From the IMG/VR virus record IMGVR_UViG_3300017917_001996, positions 124,001-188,000 of that record: DNA of 64,000 nt; one strand, given 5' to 3'. The position numbers and the translations under genes were made by a program. Position 1 is the first letter of the stretch. Each line of letters begins with the position of its first letter. A model generated the notes under the pieces. That model saw only the letters and a program-made list of their open reading frames with translations, ran no database searches and was not told where the DNA came from. Of this stretch, positions 1-8,122 are shown in pieces.

Positions 1-1
1 C

Positions 2-1642
2 TATCAAAGCTCGTTACCCGAAGTCTACATTGGGCATCCTAACCGTTTAGAGCGTTATAATCAGTACGAACAAATGGATATGGACAGCGAAGTTAACGCA
101 GCTTTGGACATTTTAGCCGAATTTAGCAGCCAGCCCGAAGAGTCTACTGGTATGCCTTTTACTATCGATTATAAAGAAAAACCCACGGATACTGAAGTTG
201 AGATAATCAAAGAACAGCTACAACAATGGATAACATTAAATGATCTAAAAAAGAGAATTTTCAAGATTGTGCGTAACACCCTAAAATATGGCGATCAGGT
301 GTTTGTTCGCGATCCAGAAACATTCCAACTTTACTGGGTTGAAATGAGTAAAGTTGTTAAGATTATTGTTAACGAAGCCAAGGGCAAAGAGCCCGAGCAG
401 TATATTGTTAAAGAAGTTGCTCCTAACTTACAGAATTTAACTGTTACGGCAGTTACTACATCTGACACCTATATGAACCATCCACAAGTTGGTGGCCCAA
501 GCGGTGCTTATGTACAACCTAATGCACCTTTTGCTGGTGGTAGTCGCTTTACTCATGCACAAAATGAAACAGCAATTAATGCTGAACATATAGTTCATTT
601 AAGCCTAACTGAAGGGTTAGACCTATTCTGGCCATTTGGTAATAGCGTATTAGAAAACATCTTTAAAGTATTCAAACAAAAAGAATTGCTTGAAGATGCT
701 ATCATTATCTATCGTGTACAACGTGCTCCTGAGCGTAGAATCTTTAAGATTGATGTAGGTAACATGCCGAGTCACATGGCTATGGCTTATGTAGAACGCA
801 TTAAAAATGAAATATGGCAACGCCGTATTCCTACACAAACAGGCGGCGGTGCTAACATGATGGATGCAACTTACAATCCGTTAAGCACCAACGAAGATTA
901 CTTCTTTCCTGTAACAGCCGACGGACGAGGAAGTAGTGTAGACACACTACAGGGTGGAACAAATCTAGGCGAAATTACAGATTTACAATTCTTTACTAAC
1001 AAGTTATTCCGTGGTTTGCGTATTCCTAGCAGTTATTTGCCTACAGGCACAGATGATGGAACACAAGCAGTTAACGACGGGCGTGTAGGTACTGCACTTA
1101 TTCAAGAATGGCGCTTTAATCGCTATTGTATTCGTTTACAAAATATGATCTGCGGTAAACTAGACCAAGAGTTTAAGATGTTTATGCGTTGGAGAGGCAT
1201 TAACATTGATGGACAATTGTTTGAACTTAGGTTAAACGAACCGCAGAACTTTGCACAGTATCGTCAAACCGAAGTTGATGCAGCTAGAATTAGTACATAT
1301 GCACAATTAGAGCCTTTGCCTTACTTTAGTAAGCGTTTCTTAATGAAGCGTTATCTTGGTCTCAATGAGCAAGAGATGCAAGAAAACGAAGAAATGTGGC
1401 TAGAAGAGCAAGGCGAAACTAAGCCAGCAGACCAAATGGATGTTGGTCTAAGAAGCGTTGGAATTACACCTGGATCTATCAGTGGTGACCTATCGCAAGC
1501 TGAAGCATTACCAGCAGCTGGAGAAATGCCGCAGGGTGGTATGCCTGGCGAGATTGGTGCTCCAAGTGGAATGCCGGCTCCTGGTATTCAAGGTGGTGGC
1601 GCACCAGGCGGTATTCCAGCTGGCCCTACAGGCGTAATTTAA
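2..1642 (+). CDS. gp20: T4-like portal vertex protein (gp20), 5'-truncated by the window edge
   Basis: Frame is open from base 2 (YQSSLPEVYIGHPNRLERYNQYEQM...). Contains gp20 motifs LEDAIIIYRVQRAPERRIFKIDVGNMP, EDYFFP and GGTNLGEITD; first gene of the gp20-21-22-23 order. Confidence 0.95.
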   Translation, partial: YQSSLPEVYIGHPNRLERYNQYEQMDMDSEVNAALDILAEFSSQPEESTGMPFTIDYKEKPTDTEVEIIKEQLQQWITLNDLKKRIFKIVRNTLKYGDQVFVRDPETFQLYWVEMSKVVKIIVNEAKGKEPEQYIVKEVAPNLQNLTVTAVTTSDTYMNHPQVGGPSGAYVQPNAPFAGGSRFTHAQNETAINAEHIVHLSLTEGLDLFWPFGNSVLENIFKVFKQKELLEDAIIIYRVQRAPERRIFKIDVGNMPSHMAMAYVERIKNEIWQRRIPTQTGGGANMMDATYNPLSTNEDYFFPVTADGRGSSVDTLQGGTNLGEITDLQFFTNKLFRGLRIPSSYLPTGTDDGTQAVNDGRVGTALIQEWRFNRYCIRLQNMICGKLDQEFKMFMRWRGINIDGQLFELRLNEPQNFAQYRQTEVDAARISTYAQLEPLPYFSKRFLMKRYLGLNEQEMQENEEMWLEEQGETKPADQMDVGLRSVGITPGSISGDLSQAEALPAAGEMPQGGMPGEIGAPSGMPAPGIQGGGAPGGIPAGPTGVI

Positions 1643-1650
1643 TTGCCTTT

Positions 1651-1658
1651 GGTAAATA
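1651..1658 (+). promoter_or_regulatory. T4-type late promoter box (GGTAAATA)
   Basis: Intergenic TAAATA core 6 nt upstream of ATG 1665. Confidence 0.6.
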
Positions 1659-1664
1659 CTTAAT

Positions 1665-1898
1665 ATGTTTCTTAACGAAGTTTTCCAGTCTACAGTCAAA
1701 GACCAGTACAGCACAGAAAAAGATGACAATTCTGTGCAAAAACTTTCTGACACTCGTAAGAGTAGGCTAACACTAGCTCAAATAAAACGCCTGCGTATTA
1801 TGAACGACATGCGTAAATTCGAACATCAAAAAGAGGTAGAAGGACTATCAAAACAGTATCGTCCAGCAGCACCTCCTGGCGCAATGCCAGGTCTATAA
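1665..1898 (+). CDS. Small head-module protein (position of T4 gp67/gp68 prohead core genes)
   Basis: 77-aa ORF between portal and protease; N-terminal LNE resembles a gp21 cleavage motif. Function inferred from synteny only. Confidence 0.6.
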   Translation: MFLNEVFQSTVKDQYSTEKDDNSVQKLSDTRKSRLTLAQIKRLRIMNDMRKFEHQKEVEGLSKQYRPAAPPGAMPGL

Positions 1899-1949
1899 CC
1901 TCAAAATCATTCAAAAAACCACCATTTAACACATAATATTAAGATATTA

Positions 1950-1957
1950 TGTAAATA
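1950..1957 (+). promoter_or_regulatory. Late promoter box (TGTAAATA) overlapped by a 9-bp palindrome
   Basis: TAAATA at 1952-1957; SD AAGGAG before ATG 1992. Confidence 0.6.
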
Positions 1958-1991
1958 TTATTAAGCTAACACATAATTCTAAGGAGCTCCT

Positions 1992-2921
1992 ATGAACAAA
2001 TACGAACAGCTGATTGAGTTTATTATCAATGAGCAAGAAGACAAAGCCCGTGAACTTTTCCACCAAATCGTGGTTGAAAAGTCGCGTGAAATCTACGAAA
2101 ACCTAATTGACGAAACCGACGTCGACGAGTCTTTTCGCGATGGCGATCAAGTTGAAGATCTAATGCAAGACGTTGATGCCGACGGCGCTGCTGGTTTACC
2201 AGAAGCCGACGATAACATGGACGATGCCGACGACCTACTAGGTATGGATGACGGCATGGACGATGGTATGGACGACGGCATGGGCGACGATGGCATGGGC
2301 GGTGAAATGGGCGGTGAAGAAGGCCTAGAAGATCGCGTTATGGATCTTGAAGACGCCCTAGACGAACTAAAAGCTGAATTTGACAAGCTAATGGCTGGTG
2401 AAGAAGGCGAAGAAGAACATGCCGATTCTGACTTTGATATGGACGATTCTGGTGAAGAAGGCGGCGATGAAGGCGGCGATGAAGAAGGTGAGAAAGAAGA
2501 CGACGTTGTTATGGAATATGTTAACAAGGTTGGTCATGACTGGGACAAAAACGCCAACAAACAAGAAGGCAAAGCAGTTGGTGCTCGTGCTGACAGCGTA
2601 ACTGGCGCTACTAACACAAGAACACCAACAGCCGGTAAAAACGACATGGGCGGTTCTGCTGGTAATATTGCTAAAGGTGGCGCAGAGTCTGCTCCAGACG
2701 GTCAGCGTCCAGGTGGCAAAGCTGGCGGCTTCCTAAAGAACCCACAAGAGATTGACGTTGCCAAGCGTAACGTAAACAAGCCAGGCGGCAACAAAGGCGC
2801 ACAAAACTACTATGATAAGAAGGAAACTTCTTACGAAAAAGCCAAAGGTGCTGAAGGACAAACTACAGATGGTAAGCTACCTGTAAATCCTAAGTCACTA
2901 CAAGGCGGTAAAGTTCGCTAA
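1992..2921 (+). CDS. Acidic prohead core / internal head protein
   Basis: Very D/E-rich N-half with DDGM repeats, G/K-rich C-half, several [ILV]-X-E motifs, strong SD, lies just before gp21. Confidence 0.65.
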   Translation: MNKYEQLIEFIINEQEDKARELFHQIVVEKSREIYENLIDETDVDESFRDGDQVEDLMQDVDADGAAGLPEADDNMDDADDLLGMDDGMDDGMDDGMGDDGMGGEMGGEEGLEDRVMDLEDALDELKAEFDKLMAGEEGEEEHADSDFDMDDSGEEGGDEGGDEEGEKEDDVVMEYVNKVGHDWDKNANKQEGKAVGARADSVTGATNTRTPTAGKNDMGGSAGNIAKGGAESAPDGQRPGGKAGGFLKNPQEIDVAKRNVNKPGGNKGAQNYYDKKETSYEKAKGAEGQTTDGKLPVNPKSLQGGKVR

Positions 2922-2936
2922 TCAACAGAGACAGCA

Positions 2937-3572
2937 ATGGCTTATTTAAAAGAAAATTTAACTTTCGACCGTGCTCAGCTAGAAGTCCTCTATGAGGACA
3001 AAGCTGGCACTGGTACCAAAGAGTGCTACATGAAGGGCATCTTTATCGAAGGTGGAGTTCGCAACTTAAACGAACGTGTTTATCCAGTTAGCGAAATTAC
3101 CAAGGCCGTTTCTGCAATTAACGAACAACTAAAAGAAGGTTATAGCGTTTTAGGCGAAGTTGACCATCCAGATGATCTAAAAATTAATTTAGATCGTGTT
3201 TCACATATGATTCAACAAATGTGGATGGATGGTCCTTGCGGCCACGGTAAACTAAAGATTCTACCAACACCAATGGGACAACTTGTACAAGCTATGCTAA
3301 CAAGTGGTGTTAAGTTAGGTGTTTCAAGCCGCGGTAGCGGCAATGTCGATGATGCCACTGGGCACGTCAGTGACTTCGAGATTGTTACAGTTGATATCGT
3401 AGCACAGCCAAGTGCTCCACATGCATATCCAACGGCCATTTACGAAGGGCTGATGAATATGCGCCACGGACACCGTGTGCTCGAGGATGTACGTGACATT
3501 CAAGACGATAAAAAAGTGCAAAAGTATCTAAAAGAGCAGGTAACTCGCTTGATTAGAGACTTAAAATTATAA
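2937..3572 (+). CDS. gp21: Prohead core protease (gp21)
   Basis: Catalytic motifs GEVDHP, GVSSRGSG and DIVAQPSAP, plus NxNxRVYP. Confidence 0.95.
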   Translation: MAYLKENLTFDRAQLEVLYEDKAGTGTKECYMKGIFIEGGVRNLNERVYPVSEITKAVSAINEQLKEGYSVLGEVDHPDDLKINLDRVSHMIQQMWMDGPCGHGKLKILPTPMGQLVQAMLTSGVKLGVSSRGSGNVDDATGHVSDFEIVTVDIVAQPSAPHAYPTAIYEGLMNMRHGHRVLEDVRDIQDDKKVQKYLKEQVTRLIRDLKL

Positions 3573-3583
3573 GGGGAACAGCT

Positions 3584-4681
3584 ATGTTTGATGCTATCAA
3601 ACCATTGCTAGAAAGTGGACTAGTTAACGAGGAGACTCGCACAGCTATCAATGAAGCTTGGGAATCCAAGCTAAATGAAGCTCGCGATCAGATCCGCGCT
3701 GAACTGCGCGAAGAAATGGCTACTCGTTACGAACACGATAAGAAGGTAATGGTAGAAGCTCTAGACAAAATGGTTACTGAAAGTCTTGCCAAAGAAATCG
3801 ATGAATTCGTTGGTGAGAAAAAAGCTGTCGTAGAAGATCGTGTGAGAGTAAAAAATCACATGATGGAGAGTGCTGGTCGTTTCAACGATTTTATGGTTAA
3901 CAAGTTAGCTGAAGAAATCAAGGAACTACACAAAGATCGTGAAATCCAAAAAGAAAACTATCAACGCCTTGAGAAGTTCATTGTTAAGGCATTGGCAGAA
4001 GAAATCAAAGAGTTCGCACAGGACAAGCAAGCCGTAGTTGAGACTAAGGTTCGTTTAGTTGCTGAAGCTAAGAAAAAGCTAGGCGAATTAAGATCACGTT
4101 TTGTTGAGAACAGTGCACGACTAGTTAAAGAGTCAGTTACTACTAAGCTAGATGCTGAGCTAACACAACTCAAAGAAGACGTTCAACATGCTCGCGAGAA
4201 CATGTTTGGTCGTCGTATCTTTGAAGCATTTGCTAGTGAGTTTTCGTTAACACATCTTAACGAGAACCGTGAATTAGCAAAGCTAAAAAAGGTTATTGAT
4301 CAACAACAAGAGCAACTTGCCGAAGCTGCACAAGCTAAAGCAGAAGCACAACAAATTGTTGAATCAAGAGAGCGCGAGATTCGCGTGATCAAGGAGAGTA
4401 TTAGTCGTAAGGAAGTGATGAACCAATTACTAGGTACTCTAAACAAAGAGAAAGCCACAGTGATGCGTGACTTACTCGAGTCGGTGCAGACAGAAAAATT
4501 AAAGTCTGCATTTGAAAAGTATCTACCAGCAGTACTTAACAATGGTACACCAGCTAAGGACAAAACCGTTCTTGCTGAAAGCCGCGTTGAAGTAACTGGA
4601 GATAAAACTGCTAAAAGTGCTGCACAACCAGCCGTTGACACCAACGTTGTTGAGCTTAGACGTTTAGCAGGGTTAAGATAA
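3584..4681 (+). CDS. gp22: Prohead scaffold protein (gp22)
   Basis: Coiled-coil-like E/K-rich protein between gp21 and gp23 with many LxE/IxE motifs. Confidence 0.85.
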   Translation: MFDAIKPLLESGLVNEETRTAINEAWESKLNEARDQIRAELREEMATRYEHDKKVMVEALDKMVTESLAKEIDEFVGEKKAVVEDRVRVKNHMMESAGRFNDFMVNKLAEEIKELHKDREIQKENYQRLEKFIVKALAEEIKEFAQDKQAVVETKVRLVAEAKKKLGELRSRFVENSARLVKESVTTKLDAELTQLKEDVQHARENMFGRRIFEAFASEFSLTHLNENRELAKLKKVIDQQQEQLAEAAQAKAEAQQIVESREREIRVIKESISRKEVMNQLLGTLNKEKATVMRDLLESVQTEKLKSAFEKYLPAVLNNGTPAKDKTVLAESRVEVTGDKTAKSAAQPAVDTNVVELRRLAGLR

Positions 4682-4708
4682 AATAGTTAAACCTTAAAGG
4701 AAAGAAAA

Positions 4709-5893
4709 ATGACACAAGAACTATTAGAAAGCCGTTGGGGCGAGACTAAAGATGCCCTGCTAGAAGGCCTACAAGGTAGCCGTCGCACTTCGATGAGCGT
4801 TATCCTTGAAAACACACGCAAGCACTTAACTGAAAGTGCTTCTGCTGGCGCTACTGCTGCTGGTAACGTTGCAACACTTAACCGTGTTATTCTTCCAGTT
4901 ATCCGCCGTGTAATGCCTACAGTTATTGCTAACGAAATCGTTGGTGTTCAGCCAATGACAGGACCTGTTGCACAGATCCACACTCTACGTGTTCGTTATG
5001 CAGAATCTGCAAACAGCTCTGGCGCAGCAGGTTTTGACACCGACGTTCTAGCTGGTGACGAAGCTCTAAGCCCATTCAAGATCGCTACAGCATACTCTGG
5101 TAGCCTAGCTACTGGTCGTGCTGATTCTACAGCCGCTCTAGAAGGCGTACCAGGTCGTAAGATCAACGTCCAGATTCTAAAGCAAGTTGTAGAAGCTAAG
5201 ACTCGTAAGTTAAGCGCTCGCTGGACTTTCGAAGCTGCTCAAGATGCACAAGCTATGCACGGTCTTGATGTTGAAGCAGAAATCATGGCTGCTCTAGCAC
5301 AAGAAATCACAGTAGAAATCGACCAAGAAGTTCTTGGTTCTCTACGTGCTCTAGCTGCTTCCGAGTTCACATACAACCAAGCCGCTGTATCTGGTACAGC
5401 TACTTTCGTTGGTGACGAGCACGCCGCTCTTGCAGTTCTAATCAACCGTTCCGCTAACCTAATTGCACAGCGTACACGTCGCGGTGCTGGTAACTGGGCA
5501 GTTGTTTCTCCAGCTGCATTGACTGTTCTACAGAGTGCAACAACTTCTGCTTTCGCTCGTACAACAGAAGGTACATTCGAAGCACCTACAAACACCAAGT
5601 TTGTTGGTACTCTAAACGGCGCAATGAAGATCTACGTTGACAGCTATGCTAGCGACAGCACTCCTGTTCTAGTTGGCTATAAGGGTTCTTCCGAGGCTGA
5701 TGCAGCAGCATTCTACTGCCCATACGTTCCTCTAATGAGCTCTGGCGTTGTTCTAGATCCAGCTACTTTCGAACCAGTAGTTGGCTTCATGACACGTTAT
5801 GGTTACGTAGAACTAACCAACACAGCTTCTTCTCTAGGTAACGCAGGTGACTACGTTTCTGAGATCGCTGTTTCTAACTTGTCTTTCAGCTAA
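4709..5893 (+). CDS. gp23: Major capsid protein (gp23)
   Basis: gp23 motifs GVQPMTGP, VEAKTRKLSARWT.E.AQD..A.HG.D.E.E, EIDQE, FYCPYVPL and TFEPVVGFMTRYG. Confidence 0.97.
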   Translation: MTQELLESRWGETKDALLEGLQGSRRTSMSVILENTRKHLTESASAGATAAGNVATLNRVILPVIRRVMPTVIANEIVGVQPMTGPVAQIHTLRVRYAESANSSGAAGFDTDVLAGDEALSPFKIATAYSGSLATGRADSTAALEGVPGRKINVQILKQVVEAKTRKLSARWTFEAAQDAQAMHGLDVEAEIMAALAQEITVEIDQEVLGSLRALAASEFTYNQAAVSGTATFVGDEHAALAVLINRSANLIAQRTRRGAGNWAVVSPAALTVLQSATTSAFARTTEGTFEAPTNTKFVGTLNGAMKIYVDSYASDSTPVLVGYKGSSEADAAAFYCPYVPLMSSGVVLDPATFEPVVGFMTRYGYVELTNTASSLGNAGDYVSEIAVSNLSFS

Positions 5894-5917
5894 TCAACCA
5901 GCTGGATCTCAAAAATC

Positions 5918-5946
5918 AAAAGGCCCTCCGGGGCCTTTTTGTTTTT
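5918..5946 (+). terminator. Rho-independent terminator after gp23
   Basis: AAAAGGCCC-TCC-GGGCCTTTT hairpin followed by TTGTTTTT. Confidence 0.85.
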
Positions 5947-5947
5947 C

Positions 5948-5955
5948 TATAAATA
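5948..5955 (+). promoter_or_regulatory. Consensus T4 late promoter TATAAATA
   Basis: Perfect match directly after the terminator, 4 nt before ATG 5960. Confidence 0.75.
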
Positions 5956-5959
5956 TAAT

Positions 5960-6667
5960 ATGGTAGAATTAATTTATACATTGATTGTAACGCACATTAC
6001 AATCGTATGTGTTACCCTTTATCTACATAGAGGGCAGGCACATAGAGCAATTGTATTCCATCCTATACTAGAACATTTTATGCGATTCTGGCTTTGGCTA
6101 ACCACAGGCATGGTAACCAAGGAATGGGTAGCAGTACACAGGGCACATCATAGATTCTGTGAAGAAAACAAAGATCCGCACAGCCCACATGTTTATGGAA
6201 TTTTCAAGGTGCTATTCCAAGGCGCAATGCTATACTATACTGCATCAAAGGATCGCAACATGGTAGAACAATTTGGGGTAGGAACACCCGACGATTGGCT
6301 AGAAAATAAATTATATACACCACACAGTCGTCTAGGAATTTTAATTATGTTATTAATTAATATTCTTTTATTTGGGTCTATAGGATTATTAGTATGGGGC
6401 ATACAAATGATTTGGATTCCATTTCATGCTGCAGGGATAGTCAATGGATTAGGTCATTGGTGGGGTTATAGGAACACCAATACAAAAGATAAAAGCAGAA
6501 ATTTAATACCACTGGCAGTTTGGATTGGCGGTGAAGAATTACACAATAACCATCATGCTGATCCAGGAAATCCTAAACTAAGCCGTCGATGGTTTGAGTT
6601 TGATATCGGTTGGATGTGGCTAACTGTTTTCAGAGCATTCGGGTTAGCAAAAATCAAAAACTCATAA
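5960..6667 (+). CDS. desA: Membrane fatty-acid (delta-9 acyl-CoA-type) desaturase, auxiliary metabolic gene
   Basis: Three His boxes HRGQAH, HRAHH and HNNHH; FWLWLTTGM and GHWWGYRN motifs; hydrophobic segments. Start moved from TTG 5939 (inside the terminator) to ATG 5960. Confidence 0.9.
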   Translation: MVELIYTLIVTHITIVCVTLYLHRGQAHRAIVFHPILEHFMRFWLWLTTGMVTKEWVAVHRAHHRFCEENKDPHSPHVYGIFKVLFQGAMLYYTASKDRNMVEQFGVGTPDDWLENKLYTPHSRLGILIMLLINILLFGSIGLLVWGIQMIWIPFHAAGIVNGLGHWWGYRNTNTKDKSRNLIPLAVWIGGEELHNNHHADPGNPKLSRRWFEFDIGWMWLTVFRAFGLAKIKNS

Positions 6668-6670
6668 ATA
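6663..6670 (+). promoter_or_regulatory. Late promoter box (CATAAATA)
   Basis: TAAATA overlapping the desaturase stop codon. Confidence 0.65.
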
Positions 6671-6674
6671 TATT

Positions 6675-6726
6675 GTTCGCTCGAAAGAGAGTTTATGCGG
6701 TCCCCGCCGCGTAGGCCTAGAACGCT
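6675..6726 (+). ncRNA. Candidate structured cis-regulatory 5'-leader RNA
   Basis: CTC-GAAA-GAG hairpin, GTTTATGCGG/CCGCGTAGGC stem and GTTC/GAAC pairing, located between the promoter and SD TAAGGAG. Confidence 0.55.
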
Positions 6727-6743
6727 ATTTTAAGGAGAAACAA

Positions 6744-7412
6744 ATGGGACGTCCAGTTAATAAGAGATATTTTGGATCAGGTGCAGGTAATCAGATCAAG
6801 GTTCGTGCTAAAATTGGAAGCAATGCTGAAGGTGACGGTTTTATCGTTGCACAAAAAGGTTCTAATAGATTCAAAGTTACAGTAGGTGCAAACACAGGCA
6901 TCTGCACATTAGTTAACAAGAACACTGGTAGCTTGTCTGCCAACGAAATGATCATCAACGTTGCAACAGATGCTAGTACTTGGCAACAAGTTACTAGATT
7001 GTACAATCGCACAGCGCAAGTAGAAGGTGGCCAAAAAGTTACTTGGAACTTTGCTACTAGCACATCTGATGGTGCAGTACAAGTTGCTGATGTTGAAGGC
7101 TCTAATGCTAAGACTATTACAATTAACACACAACCATCTAGTACAACAGCTAACGTAACAGCTAATGCTAACGTAACAGTGACATTTACTGTTGTTGCTA
7201 GCGGTGTAGGCGATTTGGCTTACCAGTGGCAGAAGCAAGAGTCCGGCGCAGGTGCTTGGGCTTCAATCAATGGTGCAACAGCAAGCTCTTACACAACTCC
7301 AATTTTAACAATTGGTGCTGATAATACAGATGCATATCGTGTTGTTGTTTCGTCTACAAGCGGCGCAGCACAGTCTGTTACTTCTAACGTAGCAGTACTA
7401 ACAGTTGTTTAA
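6744..7412 (+). CDS. Virion protein with C-terminal Ig-like domain (Hoc-like decoration candidate)
   Basis: C-terminal ITINTQP..VTFTVVA..LAYQWQK..INGAT.SSYT..YRVVV Ig pattern; own promoter, strong SD and terminator. Confidence 0.7.
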   Translation: MGRPVNKRYFGSGAGNQIKVRAKIGSNAEGDGFIVAQKGSNRFKVTVGANTGICTLVNKNTGSLSANEMIINVATDASTWQQVTRLYNRTAQVEGGQKVTWNFATSTSDGAVQVADVEGSNAKTITINTQPSSTTANVTANANVTVTFTVVASGVGDLAYQWQKQESGAGAWASINGATASSYTTPILTIGADNTDAYRVVVSSTSGAAQSVTSNVAVLTVV

Positions 7413-7427
7413 TTTTTGACAACTAAC

Positions 7428-7457
7428 AAAAATAGCACCTCCGGGTGCTATTTTTTT
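7428..7457 (+). terminator. Rho-independent terminator
   Basis: AAAAATAGCACC-TCCG-GGTGCTATTTTT (cUNCGg loop) followed by a U-tract. Confidence 0.9.
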
Positions 7458-7459
7458 AT

Positions 7460-7467
7460 GATAAATA
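7460..7467 (+). promoter_or_regulatory. Late promoter box (GATAAATA)
   Basis: Intergenic TAAATA directly after the terminator. Confidence 0.65.
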
Positions 7468-7486
7468 TCTAAAACGGAATCTATTA

Positions 7487-8113
7487 ATGACCACAGTTAA
7501 TCGCGCATTTGGAGACTTGTATATAAAGTCTTTAAACGGCAATGTTTACATTGATGCACAGAACGGTAATGGTGTAACTACCATTACAGGCAATCTTGTG
7601 GTTATCGGTAAGCAGACAAATATTGGTTCGATTGAAACCATTATTAGTGATAACATCATTACATTAGCTGCAAATATAACATCAGGTCCTCCACTTCCGA
7701 ATGCTGGACTTGAAGTACGTCGCGGTGATGAACCAAACTCTGCATTTCAATGGATTGAAGCAGTTAAACGTTGGCAAGTATTTGATGGGTCATATTGGGC
7801 CAACGTAATGATTAGAGTAGAGGATGATCCAGATCCTCATTTAGGTGGTAATCTTAATGTTAACAACTTTTACGTGTACTCGCATCCTGACAAAAACATC
7901 GTTCTTTGGCCAGGTAAACAAGACGGAAAAAGCACAGCAGGAATAGAGATAAAATATACTGAAGAGAAAATGGATGTTGCGGCAAATGCCGTTGTGCTAT
8001 CTTCTATGGTTCCTGGAAATGGAAAGTCGGGTTTGTATGTAACAAATACTGTTTCAGATAACGAAGAATTGATCACTAAAAGAAAAGCAGTTGTTTACTC
8101 TTTAGTGTTGTAA
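7487..8113 (+). CDS. Fibre/baseplate-associated structural protein with hydrophobic C-terminal tail (VVYSLVL)
   Basis: ITGNLVV.G and ISDNIITL fibre-shaft motifs. Start moved to ATG 7487, downstream of the terminator and promoter. Confidence 0.65.
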   Translation: MTTVNRAFGDLYIKSLNGNVYIDAQNGNGVTTITGNLVVIGKQTNIGSIETIISDNIITLAANITSGPPLPNAGLEVRRGDEPNSAFQWIEAVKRWQVFDGSYWANVMIRVEDDPDPHLGGNLNVNNFYVYSHPDKNIVLWPGKQDGKSTAGIEIKYTEEKMDVAANAVVLSSMVPGNGKSGLYVTNTVSDNEELITKRKAVVYSLVL

Positions 8114-8122
8114 GGATTTATA

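Noticed and set aside
2244-2310. 12-nt DDGM tandem repeat
   Set aside because: Ordinary low-complexity tract in an acidic prohead protein.
5939-5959. ORF-track starts at 5939, 7445, 52490 and 55105
   Set aside because: They overlap terminators, promoter boxes or the upstream gene; ATGs at 5960, 7487, 52496 and 55177 fit better.
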